Source: Candidatus Latescibacterota bacterium
GTDB taxonomy: Bacteria; Latescibacterota; UBA2968; UBA8231
Assembly (NCBI GenBank): GCA_965215195.1
Contig: CBDCDC010000002.1
Location: forward strand, 3,168,001-3,232,000
Length of the DNA stretch: 64,000 bases
Direction of reading: 5' to 3'
In this document: positions 9,913 to 20,221 of the stretch, piece by piece
How the letters are laid out: the number at the start of each line of letters is the position of its first letter
Position numbering within the stretch: the first letter of the stretch is position 1
Program-made: the position numbers and the translations under genes
Notes under the pieces: generated by a model
What the model was told of the DNA's origin: nothing
Database searches by the model: none
The model's input: only the letters and a program-made list of their open reading frames with translations

Positions 9913-10962
9913 ATGGAAAAACCCAATGTAGTAGTAGTCGGCTATGGCTTTGCCGGCCGCTGCTTTCACGCCTATCTAGTGGGGCTGGCCAGCGGCCTAA
10001 ACCTCTACGGCATCGCCAGCAGCCGGCCGCAGGCCCGCGACCAGATTCAGTGCGACTTGGGGGTAAAGACCTTCCGCTACTTCGACGAAGTGCTAGCCGA
10101 CCCAGCCGTCGATCTGGTCGTCCTCGCCACGCCCAACGACCTCCACGCCCCGCACGCGATCCAAGCACTGGCGGCCGGCAAACACGTGGTCACCGACAAG
10201 CCCATGTGCTTGAGCATGGCCGAGGCCGACCAGATGATCGCCGCCAGCCAAGCGCACGACCGCTTGCTCAGCGTGTTTCAGAACCGCCGCTGGGACGGCG
10301 ATTTCCTCGCCGTTAAAGACGCGCTGAGCAAAGGGCTGCTCGGCGATCTCTTTTTGCTGGAGATGTTCTGGGGCCAATACGGCCCTCCGCGCGGCTGGCG
10401 CAGCATAGCGCGGCACGGCGGCGGCAAATTCTTCGACCTAGGCGCACATCTGGTCGATCAGGCACTCCAGCTCATCGACGCGCCGCTCGCAAAGGTGTAC
10501 GCCACCTTCCACTCCGGCGACCCGCTCAGCATTGACGTCGAGGCCCACGCGCTGGCCGTGCTCCACTTTGCCAACGGCGTCGAAGCCCGGGTGGAGACCT
10601 CGTCGCTGGCGTGCCAAGCCAAGCCGCGCTGGTACGTGCTGGGCACGGCAGGCGCACTGGTCAAAGAGGGCGTTGACCCGCAGGAAAAGGCCATGATCGC
10701 CGGCGATATCGACGCGGCCGCAGAAGCGCCCGAGCACTACGCCCGCCTCTATCGGCCAACGGCGGGGCAGACGGCGGAAACCATCATTGAGACTGGGCCT
10801 GGCCGCTGGCGTTCCTACTACGAAAACATCGCCGACGCGCTCGCCGGCCGCGCAGCGCTGGCCGTCACCGCCCAGAGTGTGCGGCAGACCATGGTCGCCA
10901 TGGAGGCCGCCCGGCTCTCCGCCGCCGAGCAGCGGCCCATAGCCCCGGAGGAAGTCGGGTGA
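9913..10962 (+). CDS. Gfo/Idh/MocA oxidoreductase (IolW/YdgJ-like)
   Basis: GYGFAG, HVVTDKP, FQNRRWDGDF, DLGAHLVDQ. Confidence 0.9.
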   Translation: MEKPNVVVVGYGFAGRCFHAYLVGLASGLNLYGIASSRPQARDQIQCDLGVKTFRYFDEVLADPAVDLVVLATPNDLHAPHAIQALAAGKHVVTDKPMCLSMAEADQMIAASQAHDRLLSVFQNRRWDGDFLAVKDALSKGLLGDLFLLEMFWGQYGPPRGWRSIARHGGGKFFDLGAHLVDQALQLIDAPLAKVYATFHSGDPLSIDVEAHALAVLHFANGVEARVETSSLACQAKPRWYVLGTAGALVKEGVDPQEKAMIAGDIDAAAEAPEHYARLYRPTAGQTAETIIETGPGRWRSYYENIADALAGRAALAVTAQSVRQTMVAMEAARLSAAEQRPIAPEEVG

Positions 10963-11549
10963 AATTGCGGCCGGGCAACTACGGCAAGGAAACCAGCTTT
11001 GAGGTCCGCACGTTCGACGCCGAGATGCCCCTCGACGAATACGCCCGCCTGCCCAAACACCCGCTCTATCTGGTGCTCGACAATTTGCGCAGCGCCTTCA
11101 ACGTTGGCTCGATCTTCCGCACGGCCGATGCCGGCCGTCTAGGGGGCATCTACACCTGCGGGTACACGGCCCATCCGCCCCATCCCAAGCTCGACAAGAC
11201 GGCGTTGGGCACCCTCGCGTACATAGAGACCCGACACTTCGTCACCACCCTACAGGCCATTGAGCACTTGCACGCGCACCAAGTGCCGGTGTGGGCGCTG
11301 GAGACGACCTCGCAAAGCCGCTGCTACACCGAATTGGACTATCCGCGCCCCTTGGCCCTCATCGTGGGCAATGAGGCCCTTGGCGTGAGTTGCGCCGCGC
11401 TCGAGTGCTGCGACGAGCTGGTCGAGATTCCCATGTACGGCTACAAAAACAGTCTCAATGTCGCTGCGGCCAGTGCCATCCTCGTCTTTGAGGTCCTGCG
11501 CCAATGGCAGGCCATCGGCCCCATCTGCCAGCCCACCGCCCATGCCTAA
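10959..11549 (+). CDS. TrmH/SpoU family RNA methyltransferase
   Basis: LDNLRSAFNVGSIFRTAD, GNEALG, EIPMYG..NSLNVA. Confidence 0.9.
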   Translation: MKLRPGNYGKETSFEVRTFDAEMPLDEYARLPKHPLYLVLDNLRSAFNVGSIFRTADAGRLGGIYTCGYTAHPPHPKLDKTALGTLAYIETRHFVTTLQAIEHLHAHQVPVWALETTSQSRCYTELDYPRPLALIVGNEALGVSCAALECCDELVEIPMYGYKNSLNVAAASAILVFEVLRQWQAIGPICQPTAHA

Positions 11550-13371
11550 GGCCGCCCCTACGACTTGGGGGCCAGCCGCCCGCTTGTTCCGCGACTGGCT
11601 CGGCTTTGAGTTTGTCTCCCGCATTTATCTGTACAGCGCACTCATAGGCTTAATCGCCGGCTCGGGTGCGGTGCTTTTTACCTACGGCCTCGCGCTGGCC
11701 AAGTTCCTGCTGGTCGAGAAACTGGCCGGATACCGCCAGTTCTATCCCCACAACGAGGCACTATTCGACTTCTCCTTTCTCGACGCGCCCACCTACGGCG
11801 AGTTTTTGTGGCTGTTGCTGCTGCTGCCAGCGCTGGGCGGCCTGCTCGGCGGCTACCTCACTCACCGCTTCGCGCCCGAAGCCCAAGGCGCAGGCACCGA
11901 CGCCGTGATCGACGCCTTCCACAACCAACGCGGCCACATTCGCCCCATCGTCGCTCCGGTCAAGGCCCTCGCGACCATCATCACGCTGGCCTCCGGCGGT
12001 GCTGCTGGTCAGCAAGGTCCTTTGGTGCATATTGGCGCGGGCTTAGGCTCTTGGGTCGGCGACAAGCTCAAGCTCTCGGTTGCCCAGCGGCGGATTTTGT
12101 TGTTAGCGGGCACGGCCGGAGGCTTGGGCGCAATTTTCCGCGCACCCTTGGGCGCAGCGATCGCCAGTGTGGAAGTGCTCTACCGCGAAGACTTTGAAAG
12201 CGACGCCCTCATCCCCTGCGTCATCAGCTCCTTCGCGGCCTACGCCCTGTACATGGCCGTCTTTGGCTTCTCGCACATTTTCGCCCTGCCCGACCTGCTG
12301 TTCACGGATGTGCGCGAGTTGATTTTCTACTTGGTGCTGGGGTTTTTCTGCGCCTTGGTCGGCATTTTTTACGTCAAGGCCCTGCGCCTTGCGCGCACCC
12401 TCTTCGACCACCTGCCGCTACCCCGCTACTGGATCGTCTGCTGCGGGGGCTTGCTGGTGGGGCTGGTGGCCCTTATCGACCTGCGAGTGCTGGGCGATGG
12501 GTTCGGCGTCCTGCAACAGGGGCTCAACGGTGCGCTCGGAATCCGCGCCTTCCTAGCCCTCGCCCTGCTCAAAATCCTCGCCTCTAGCTGCACGATTTCC
12601 AGCGGCGGCTCGGGCGGGGTCTTCGGCCCCTCGCTCTTTATCGGTGGGATGCTCGGCGGTGCCGTGGGCCTGCTGGGCCAACAGTACTTTCCCCACATCG
12701 TCCACCAACCGGCCGCTTATATCGTGGTGGGCATGGCCTCGTTCTTCGGGGCAGTGGCCAACACGCCGCTAGCGGCCCTGATTCTCGTCATTGAAATGAG
12801 CGGCTCCTACCACCTGCTGCCGCCGCTGATGGTCGTCAGTGCCCTCGCGCTGATCTTCGCGCGCAACTTTTCCATCTACCAAAACCAAGTCCAAAACAAG
12901 TTCCACTCCCCGGCCCACATCAAAGACCTAACGGTCAATGTGCTGAACAATCTCCAAGTCCGCGAAGTATTTCCCCGCCTCAAAAACACCTCCGAGGCCA
13001 TCGTCAGCAATCAGCTTTCCTACTTTTCCCTAAGCACTCTGAGCAAAAAGCTGGGCCATCTGCACTTTGTCGTCACCAAGGCCAACGGCGGCTTGCGCGG
13101 CATGATTAGCCTCGAAGACCTCGACCTGCCCGAAGACGAGCTCCTGCACAACCTAGTCCTCATAGAGGACATGGTCGTCGACGTCCGGCCCATCGACGCT
13201 GAGGACAACCTGCACGAGGCCCTGCAAAAACTGCTCGATTCTGGCTACGACAAGCTGCCCGTGATGCACACCACAGACGAGGGGGAAGGCGAGTTTTGGG
13301 GTTATCTGATGTACTCAGATCTGATGCGCGTGTACCACGAGGAAGTCATTCGGTTGGAGGGAGAAAATTGA
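11542..13371 (+). CDS. ClC chloride channel/transporter with C-terminal CBS domains
   Basis: GAGTD, GGAAGQQGP, FRAPLG, GGVFGP signature regions; multiple TM helices; CBS pair. Confidence 0.9.
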   Translation: MPKAAPTTWGPAARLFRDWLGFEFVSRIYLYSALIGLIAGSGAVLFTYGLALAKFLLVEKLAGYRQFYPHNEALFDFSFLDAPTYGEFLWLLLLLPALGGLLGGYLTHRFAPEAQGAGTDAVIDAFHNQRGHIRPIVAPVKALATIITLASGGAAGQQGPLVHIGAGLGSWVGDKLKLSVAQRRILLLAGTAGGLGAIFRAPLGAAIASVEVLYREDFESDALIPCVISSFAAYALYMAVFGFSHIFALPDLLFTDVRELIFYLVLGFFCALVGIFYVKALRLARTLFDHLPLPRYWIVCCGGLLVGLVALIDLRVLGDGFGVLQQGLNGALGIRAFLALALLKILASSCTISSGGSGGVFGPSLFIGGMLGGAVGLLGQQYFPHIVHQPAAYIVVGMASFFGAVANTPLAALILVIEMSGSYHLLPPLMVVSALALIFARNFSIYQNQVQNKFHSPAHIKDLTVNVLNNLQVREVFPRLKNTSEAIVSNQLSYFSLSTLSKKLGHLHFVVTKANGGLRGMISLEDLDLPEDELLHNLVLIEDMVVDVRPIDAEDNLHEALQKLLDSGYDKLPVMHTTDEGEGEFWGYLMYSDLMRVYHEEVIRLEGEN

Positions 13372-14548
13372 CCGCCTCACTTGCGCCCTCTCCGTAGGGC
13401 GCGTGCAGATAGTGCTGCGCCCGTTGGTGGCTGTCTGCGTGGTCGGGCAAGCGCCGCACCCGCTGGTAGCGGAAAACGGCTTGCGCGCGGCGGCCGGCTA
13501 GGTCGTGTACTTGGCCGAGCAGCAGGTTGGCCAGCACGGCAAACGCCAGGTCCTGTTTGCGCTCGGAATCTGCGGCGAGGCTATCGGTCGCCGCCAAGTG
13601 GTCGGCGGCTTCGGGGTAGCGGCGCTCGAAGTACGCGTATCTGCCCAAGTAGTAATGCGCCTCTAAGCGGCCGTGGCGGTGATAGCCGGTCTGGCCGGCC
13701 AAGGTGCGCCGCACGTATTCCTCGTACAAAGCCACGCCCGAGCGCCAGCGGCCGAGTTCGATCATGGTCCGTGCGGCGTAGCGGTGGAAGATGGCGTTGT
13801 CCGGGTACCGCGCGTAGAGTTCCTCAAAATAGGGCAGGGCCTTGCGTTTGTCCTTTTCAAAAATACGGTAGATCTGGCCGAGGAAATAGGCGGCCTCAGT
13901 GCGGGCGTAGGCCCCCTCGCCAGCGACTTCCGCGAGCTGCTGGAGGCCCAGCACGCGATCGCCGTCGGGCAAAAAGGCCATGAGCGGACGGAGGATCCGG
14001 TGGCGTTGGGGCATGACCTCGGCGAAGTAGTGATACAGGCCCTGCCCAAAGAGGATGTCCTTGTTGGTCGGCTCGAGCTGACGGCTCTTCTTCAGGAGGG
14101 GCAGGCCGCGCAACCCATCGCGCGCCGCCCGGACGTACTGACCCCTGTCGCCGCGCAGGCGGCCGCGGAAACCAATGGCACCGCCCTTGAAGAGAATCGC
14201 GTCGAAGTCCATCGGGTCTTTTTTAAGACGGCGGTCGCAGACCTCAATGCACTGCTGAAGCCGGGCGTAGAACGCTGCGTCGTGGGTTTCGTCGGCCAAG
14301 TCTATGAGGATCCGCCACCAAGACACCATCGCGCGAAAGAAGTAGCCGAGGGGGTTATCTGGCTCGGCCGCGACAATGGCCTGAAAGTGGCGCTCGGCCT
14401 CGGCAAAGCGCAGATTGTAGATCAGATCAATGCCCCGCTGAATGCGCGCATCAAAGCCGCGCATCGTATAGGCAGAATCCTCGCTCCAAGCGGGCAGGGC
14501 CAGCCAGCAGCAGAGCAAAACCGCGCATCTGGGGTGCAGTGCATTCAA
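13346..14548 (-). CDS. Exported tetratricopeptide-repeat protein (start approximate)
   Basis: Signal-like N-terminus; TPR patterns (YNLRFAEAE, EAAYFLGQIY, YPDNAIF). Confidence 0.75.
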   Translation of the reverse strand: MNALHPRCAVLLCCWLALPAWSEDSAYTMRGFDARIQRGIDLIYNLRFAEAERHFQAIVAAEPDNPLGYFFRAMVSWWRILIDLADETHDAAFYARLQQCIEVCDRRLKKDPMDFDAILFKGGAIGFRGRLRGDRGQYVRAARDGLRGLPLLKKSRQLEPTNKDILFGQGLYHYFAEVMPQRHRILRPLMAFLPDGDRVLGLQQLAEVAGEGAYARTEAAYFLGQIYRIFEKDKRKALPYFEELYARYPDNAIFHRYAARTMIELGRWRSGVALYEEYVRRTLAGQTGYHRHGRLEAHYYLGRYAYFERRYPEAADHLAATDSLAADSERKQDLAFAVLANLLLGQVHDLAGRRAQAVFRYQRVRRLPDHADSHQRAQHYLHAPYGEGASEAVNFLPPTE

Positions 14549-14616
14549 GGGACAGAGCTCAGCGCCTAACAGTAAAACAAAAACCAAGCTGCTCAAGAGT
14601 AGGATAAAAACGGATT

Positions 14617-15996
14617 ATGGCAACTGTGCAATGCGACATCGCAGTCATCGGCGGCGGCTCGGCCGGGTACGCAGCCGCACGCACGGCCCACGCGGCCGGC
14701 GCACACGTCGCGGTTATCGACCAAGGCCCTTGGGGGGGGCTGTGCATTCTGCGCGGCTGTATGCCCAGCAAGGCGATCCTGCGCTCGGCCGAAGTGGCCG
14801 CGCATCTGGGCCGCGCCCCCGAGTTCGGCTTAGCGCCGGTGGAAGTCCGCGCCGACTTAGCTGCCATCGTCGAGCGCAAGGCGCGACTGGTCGCCGACTT
14901 TGCCGCCTATCGCCGCGAGCAACTGAGCGACGGCCGCTTCGCGCTCTGCCAAGCACGCGCCCGCTTCCTCTCGCCGCAGGCCCTCCAAGCCGGCGACGAC
15001 GTCATTGAGGCCGGGCACTTTATCATTGCCACCGGCTCTACGCCCTGCCACGTCCCCATCCCGGGGCTGGACCAAGTAGGTTATATCACCAGCGACGAGG
15101 CCCTCAACCTGCGCCAGCAGCCAGAGAGCCTCCTCGTCCTCGGCGGCGGTCCCATCGCCGCCGAGCTGGCCCAATTCTTTCAGCGCATTGGTACGCAGGT
15201 AACGCTCATCCAGCGCAGCGATCACATTCTCTCGGCCGGCGACGAGGACTTGGCGCGGCCAGTTGAAGCGCGTTTCCGCACGGAGGGCATGGAGGTGTAC
15301 ACCGGCACGCAGCTGCGCCGATTCACCGAGGAAAACGGGCGCAAAGTCGCGCATTTTTCCCATGCCGGCGCGGAAAAGACGGCTTCGGCGGACCTCGTCC
15401 TCCAAGCCCTTGGCCGCCGCCCGCACATCGACGGGTTGGGCCTAGACCAAGCCGGCGTCGAGATCGCCAGCGGGCGCATTGTCGTCGATGCGGCCATGCG
15501 CACCAGCCAGCCCCACATCTACGCGGTCGGCGACGTCAACGGCGAGCACGAGGTCGTCCACATCGCCATTGAGCAGGGCGAGATCGCCGCGTACAATGCC
15601 ACCCACCCGGACCGCCCCGAGCACCGCTTTGACGACCGCCTCAACGCGCTGGTCGTGTTCACCGACCCGCAGGTGGCCAGCGTCGGCCTCGGCGAGCGGG
15701 ACTGCCGCGCTGCGGACCGACCCTATTTGGTCGCCAGCTACCCTTTTGACGACCACGGCAAGTCCCTGACGATGGGCGAGACCTGCGGCCACGCAAAAGT
15801 TCTCTGCGACCCGCGCTCGGGCGAAGTGCTTGGGGGCCACATTGTCGGCCCGGAGGCCGGCGAGCTGATCCACGAGCTGATCGCAGTGATGTACTTTCGC
15901 GGCACAGTGCGGGATTTGGCTAAAATTCCCCATTATCATCCGACCTTGGCGGAGATTCTCACCTATCCAGCCGAGGAATTGGCGGATCAGTTGTAG
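14617..15996 (+). CDS. Pyridine nucleotide-disulfide oxidoreductase (dihydrolipoamide dehydrogenase/MerA-like)
   Basis: GGGSAG, GGLCILRGCMPSK redox disulfide, YHPTLAE. Confidence 0.9.
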   Translation: MATVQCDIAVIGGGSAGYAAARTAHAAGAHVAVIDQGPWGGLCILRGCMPSKAILRSAEVAAHLGRAPEFGLAPVEVRADLAAIVERKARLVADFAAYRREQLSDGRFALCQARARFLSPQALQAGDDVIEAGHFIIATGSTPCHVPIPGLDQVGYITSDEALNLRQQPESLLVLGGGPIAAELAQFFQRIGTQVTLIQRSDHILSAGDEDLARPVEARFRTEGMEVYTGTQLRRFTEENGRKVAHFSHAGAEKTASADLVLQALGRRPHIDGLGLDQAGVEIASGRIVVDAAMRTSQPHIYAVGDVNGEHEVVHIAIEQGEIAAYNATHPDRPEHRFDDRLNALVVFTDPQVASVGLGERDCRAADRPYLVASYPFDDHGKSLTMGETCGHAKVLCDPRSGEVLGGHIVGPEAGELIHELIAVMYFRGTVRDLAKIPHYHPTLAEILTYPAEELADQL

Positions 15997-16033
15997 GGCC
16001 TCCCATGGGACGCTCTATATTAAAATCATGGAC

Positions 16034-16099
16034 GTAGGGGTGCCCCTTGTGGGCATCCTATTTTCAAAGCATTAGGGCACCCACAAGGAGTGCCCCTAC
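16034..16099. repeat. GTAG-type REP inverted doublet (REPIN-like)
   Basis: GTAGGGGTGCCCCTTGTGGGCATCC ... GGGCACCCACAAGGAGTGCCCCTAC; two inverted REP palindromes. Confidence 0.7.
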
Positions 16100-16111
16100 A
16101 AAGAGGATGTT

Positions 16112-17677
16112 ATGTCTGCGTCTTACGATGTCGTCATTGCCGGGGCGGGAGCGGCCGGGGCGGTTCTCGCGGCGCGGCTCAGCGAGGATCAGAGTCGGTC
16201 GGTCTTGCTGCTGGAGGCCGGGCCGGATTTTGCTGCGGTTGCAGACTTGCCCGAGGAGATCCGCTATGCCTATGGGCGCGATCGCAATATCTGGGACCGC
16301 GCCTTTGGCTTGGGCACCCGATTCGGCTGGGGGTATCGCGCCCGGGCTACGGACCTGCGTCCCGACATGTTTGTGCCGCGCGGCAAAATTGTCGGCGGAT
16401 CGAGTGCGGTCAACGCGCAGATTTTTCTGCGCGGGGTGCCCGAAGACTACGACTCTTGGGCGGACGCCGGCAACGACCTGTGGAGCCACGACGCCCTGTT
16501 GCCCTTTTTGTGTCGCCTCGAATCCGACCCGGACTACGGCGACGCCCCCTACCACGGGGCCGACGGCCCCATCCGCGCTCGCCGGTTCAAAGATCGCGAA
16601 CTCAACCCCGAGCACCGCGCCTTCTACGAGGCCGCGCTCGCCGCTGGCTACCCGGACTGCCCCGATCACAACGACCCTGCTTCCACCGGCGTCGGTCCCT
16701 TAGCCCTCAACAACGCCGAGGGCATCCGCTGGAGCACCAATATCGGCTACCTCAACCCAGCTCGCGGTCGCCCCAACCTCACCATTCAAGCCAACACCCA
16801 CGTCCACCGCGTGCTCTTTGCCGGCCAGCGCGCCACCGGCCTGCTCGTCGAGCGCGACGGTACCTTATCTGCTGTCCACGGCGGCGAAATCGCGCTCTGC
16901 GGCGGGGCGATTGGCTCGCCGCACCTGCTCTTGCTGTCGGGCGTTGGGCCGGCCGCGCACTTGGAGGCGATGGGCGTTGACGTGGTGTGCGACCTGCGTG
17001 GCGTCGGCCAAAATCTGCGCGACCATCCGCAAGTGAGCGCAACGTTGCGGGCCAAGGACGAGTACCTCGGCGACGGCACCGAGCCTCGGCTGCAAATCGG
17101 CCTGCGCTACACCGCCACCGGATCGGCCTGGCGCAACGACATGTTCATCATCCCGGCCTCCTTTGCCACGACCGAGGGCTACTACGCCTCGTCGCATTCC
17201 AAGCCTTTGGGCTTTTACTTGGTCGGCTGCATCTACTTGGCCGAGGGACAGGGCGAACTCAAACTGGCCTCCACCGACCCGCGCACACAGCCCGTGCTCG
17301 ACTACAACTACTTGGCCGAGCCCTCAGACTGCCGCCGCCTGCGCGAATCCATCCGCATCATCATTGACCTGCTCAAACGCGATGCGCTCAACGCGCTCGT
17401 GGCCGAGCGCATCGGCCCCACTGACGCCGAGCTCGACACCGACGCCGCGCTCGACGAGTGGATGCGGCGCGAAGTGGGCACCAGCCACCACGTTTCCTCG
17501 ACTTGTAAGATGGGGCCGGCGAGCGACTCAATGGCTGTCGTCGATCAGCATGGCCGGGTTCACGGGCTCGAAAACCTGCGCGTGGCCGACGCGGCCATCA
17601 TGCCCGACTGCGTGCGCGCCAACACCAACATTACCTCCATGGCCATCGGCGAGCGCATCGCCGATCTCATGCGCTGA
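16112..17677 (+). CDS. GMC oxidoreductase (choline dehydrogenase/MftG-like)
   Basis: GAGAAG, RGKIVGGSSAVN, GVGQNLRDH, HHVSSTCKMG. Confidence 0.9.
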   Translation: MSASYDVVIAGAGAAGAVLAARLSEDQSRSVLLLEAGPDFAAVADLPEEIRYAYGRDRNIWDRAFGLGTRFGWGYRARATDLRPDMFVPRGKIVGGSSAVNAQIFLRGVPEDYDSWADAGNDLWSHDALLPFLCRLESDPDYGDAPYHGADGPIRARRFKDRELNPEHRAFYEAALAAGYPDCPDHNDPASTGVGPLALNNAEGIRWSTNIGYLNPARGRPNLTIQANTHVHRVLFAGQRATGLLVERDGTLSAVHGGEIALCGGAIGSPHLLLLSGVGPAAHLEAMGVDVVCDLRGVGQNLRDHPQVSATLRAKDEYLGDGTEPRLQIGLRYTATGSAWRNDMFIIPASFATTEGYYASSHSKPLGFYLVGCIYLAEGQGELKLASTDPRTQPVLDYNYLAEPSDCRRLRESIRIIIDLLKRDALNALVAERIGPTDAELDTDAALDEWMRREVGTSHHVSSTCKMGPASDSMAVVDQHGRVHGLENLRVADAAIMPDCVRANTNITSMAIGERIADLMR

Positions 17678-17717
17678 GCAGGCGTCCCAGCAGACCACGG
17701 ATACCAAAGGAATAAAA

Positions 17718-17969
17718 ATGCAGATGATTCAGATTGAAGTGCCAGAAGAGATTTTTCTGTCCTTAAAAGAGACGCCCGAAGAATTTACCCAAGAGGTCCG
17801 CATGGCTGCCGCTGCCAAGCTCTACGAAATGGGTAAGATGTCTTCCGGGCGTGCGGCTGAATTCGCTGGCATGTCGCGCATCCAATTTCTCCAAAATATG
17901 AGTCACTACGGTGTGCCTATATTTGATATGACAGATGAGGAATTAGAACAGGATCTCCAAAATGCCTGA
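17718..17969 (+). CDS. UPF0175 family putative antitoxin
   Basis: AAAKLYEMGKMSSGRAAEFAGMSRIQF; ends EELEQDL. Confidence 0.85.
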   Translation: MQMIQIEVPEEIFLSLKETPEEFTQEVRMAAAAKLYEMGKMSSGRAAEFAGMSRIQFLQNMSHYGVPIFDMTDEELEQDLQNA

Positions 17970-18033
17970 GATCGTAATCAGCAATACATCGCCAATTTTT
18001 TATCTGCATCGACTTCGCCTCCTTGACCTGCTA
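17962..18033 (+). pseudogene. Truncated DUF3368 PIN-domain toxin (first ~24 codons)
   Basis: MPEIVISNTSPIFYLHRLRLLDLL overlaps the UPF0175 stop, then runs into the convergent gene. Confidence 0.75.
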
Positions 18034-19113
18034 GCCCATCCGCAACCCCCGATTCGCCAGCGGCAAATCCACCCGCCCATTGCCCTGCCGATGCGACTCG
18101 CGCAAGCCAATGGCGATCTCTAGGGCCTCGCGCCCAAATTCCCCCGGGCAAATCCGCTCTTGCCCTTCCTCAAGCGCCCGACAGACGCCCTCAATCGCAT
18201 CAACCATGGACGAGCGCGGGTGCCACGGGTTGGGAAAGGGCCGCTGGATTGGCTCGCCGGTCTCTGGGTGCGATCCCCACAGCTCGAATTGCGCGTGGGC
18301 GTTGCGCGAGACGATCATCCCGCGCTCGCCGATAAACTCCAAGGTCCACCCATGCCCCGAGCGGTCGGCGCGGGAGTTGAGAAAGCCGCGCACCCCGCTG
18401 GCGTAGGCAATGTAGCCCGAGCCGGATAAATCCCGGTCGGCCGCGGCCTGCTCGCCATCGTCCATCTCGCCCACCACCCACTCGGCCGGCGCTCCGGCAA
18501 AGAGCCGAAATAGGGCCAGCGTATGGCTTTGCAGATTAGACAGGCTGTGCGGGCTGTGGCAGACCATGGAGCGCAACCGGCCAATCGCCCCCTCAGCTAT
18601 GGCCTGACGCGCATTGGTGTACCAATTATACCAGTTGAGATGGCAGGCAATGGAAAGAACGGTTCCGCTCGCCTTGCACGCCGCGATCATGGCATCGGCT
18701 TCGGCCAAGGTGCGGCACATCGGCTTGGTGGCAAAAATCGCCCGCACCCCGGCCTCGGCTAGGCCGATGACCACCTCGGCCCGCTCGTCAGGGCGCGTCG
18801 TCACCGCCACTACATCGGGCCGCTCTTGGACGACTAACTCGCGGTAGTCTTCGTACAGGGCTTGTACTCCCCAGCGCCGGGCAAAGTCGCCCAACTTGGC
18901 TCGGTCCACGTCGGCCGCGCCAATAAGCTCAATACCCCGCGCTTCGATCATGGCCGGGGCATGGGCCCACGGCCAAGGATAGTGCGGCATCCCAATGTGC
19001 TCGTCGTCAATGGTGCTGCCCATCCGCCCGCAGCCGACCACTGCGCCGCGATACGTTCCGCGCGGCCGCGTCGCCGCGATCTGTTTGTAGGCTGTGCCCA
19101 AAGGTTGTGCCAT
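18031..19113 (-). CDS. Gfo/Idh/MocA oxidoreductase
   Basis: GCGRMG Rossmann motif, IFATKPM. Confidence 0.88.
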   Translation of the reverse strand: MAQPLGTAYKQIAATRPRGTYRGAVVGCGRMGSTIDDEHIGMPHYPWPWAHAPAMIEARGIELIGAADVDRAKLGDFARRWGVQALYEDYRELVVQERPDVVAVTTRPDERAEVVIGLAEAGVRAIFATKPMCRTLAEADAMIAACKASGTVLSIACHLNWYNWYTNARQAIAEGAIGRLRSMVCHSPHSLSNLQSHTLALFRLFAGAPAEWVVGEMDDGEQAAADRDLSGSGYIAYASGVRGFLNSRADRSGHGWTLEFIGERGMIVSRNAHAQFELWGSHPETGEPIQRPFPNPWHPRSSMVDAIEGVCRALEEGQERICPGEFGREALEIAIGLRESHRQGNGRVDLPLANRGLRMG

Positions 19114-19175
19114 GTCGTATCTCCTCTACGTGAAATTGCTAAAAGGGGTCTGATTAACTAGAATAACATTTTTCG

Positions 19176-19299
19176 CTAAGTACACGACAGTAGGGCCTTA
19201 CCCTCGGATCGAGGGCATCTTGCCCTCGTCGAGGGCGGGACGCCCTCGATCCCGGACTCATCGCCCATCAACGACAAGTTATTGGTGTCGTGTAGTTAG
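19176..19299. mobile_element. 124-bp MITE copy 1
   Basis: TIRs CTAAGTACACGACA / TGTCGTGTAGTTAG (13/14); 9-bp TSD CATTTTTCG at 19167-19175 and 19300-19308. Confidence 0.9.
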
Positions 19300-19374
19300 C
19301 ATTTTTCGTCAAAACCACCGACCCCGGCGATCGCGGCCAGTGCCTGAATTTTAACAGAAGGAGAGGGCCTCACC

Positions 19375-20193
19375 TTGACTACTTTTGACTTCCGCGGCAA
19401 AAAGGCCGTGGCGACCGGCGCGGGCGGTGCCATTGGCGGCGCGATCGCCCGCGGCTTCGCCCAAGCTGGCGCAGAGGTGGCGATCTGGGACATTGCTCCC
19501 GAGGCGGCACGCGCCAAAGCCGACGAGATCAACCAAGATTTCCCCAACAAGGCCCTCCCGGTTGAGTGCAACGTCGTCAGCAAAGACAGCGTCGCGGCCG
19601 CGCTCGCAGAGACCATTGAGCACTTTGGCACCATCGACTTTCTGCTCAATGGCGCGGGCGGCAGCCACAAGGACACCACCACTTCCCCGCAGCTCGAATT
19701 CTTTGACATTGACCCAGAGGCGGTCAAGATGGTGATGGATCTCAACTATCTAAGTGCCGTCCTGCCCTCGCAGGCCGTGGGCCGCGTCTTTGCCGATAGA
19801 GGCGAGGGGGCGGTCGTCAATATCACCTCCATCGGCGGAGGGCTGCCCCTGTCGCGGGCCTTGGCGTATTCCAATGGCAAGGCTGCGGCCGACAGTTTTA
19901 CCCGCTGGTTAGCCGTGCATCTGGCCACGACCTACGCACCCAAAATCCGCGTCAATGCCGTGGCCCCGGGCTTTATGATCACCGCGCAAAACCGCTTCCT
20001 GCTCCTCGACGAAACGAGCGGCGAATTGACCGATCGCGGCGAGACCATTCTCAAAAACGTCCCCATGGCGCGCTTTGGCGACCCGCACGAGGTAGTAGGC
20101 GCGGCCCTGTGGCTCTTTTCGGACGCAGCCGCGTTTGTCACCGGCGCCATCGTGCCCATCGATGGCGGCTTTTCCGCGTTTTGCGGCGTATAG
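19375..20193 (+). CDS. SDR oxidoreductase (D-mannonate oxidoreductase-like)
   Basis: [26 protein letters not shown]. Confidence 0.88.
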   Translation: MTTFDFRGKKAVATGAGGAIGGAIARGFAQAGAEVAIWDIAPEAARAKADEINQDFPNKALPVECNVVSKDSVAAALAETIEHFGTIDFLLNGAGGSHKDTTTSPQLEFFDIDPEAVKMVMDLNYLSAVLPSQAVGRVFADRGEGAVVNITSIGGGLPLSRALAYSNGKAAADSFTRWLAVHLATTYAPKIRVNAVAPGFMITAQNRFLLLDETSGELTDRGETILKNVPMARFGDPHEVVGAALWLFSDAAAFVTGAIVPIDGGFSAFCGV

Positions 20194-20221
20194 ATCAACC
20201 CATTCCAATCAGGAGTTCGCT

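Noticed and set aside
16112-17677. Mycofactocin cluster
   Set aside because: Only a GMC oxidoreductase is present; no mftA-F genes in the window
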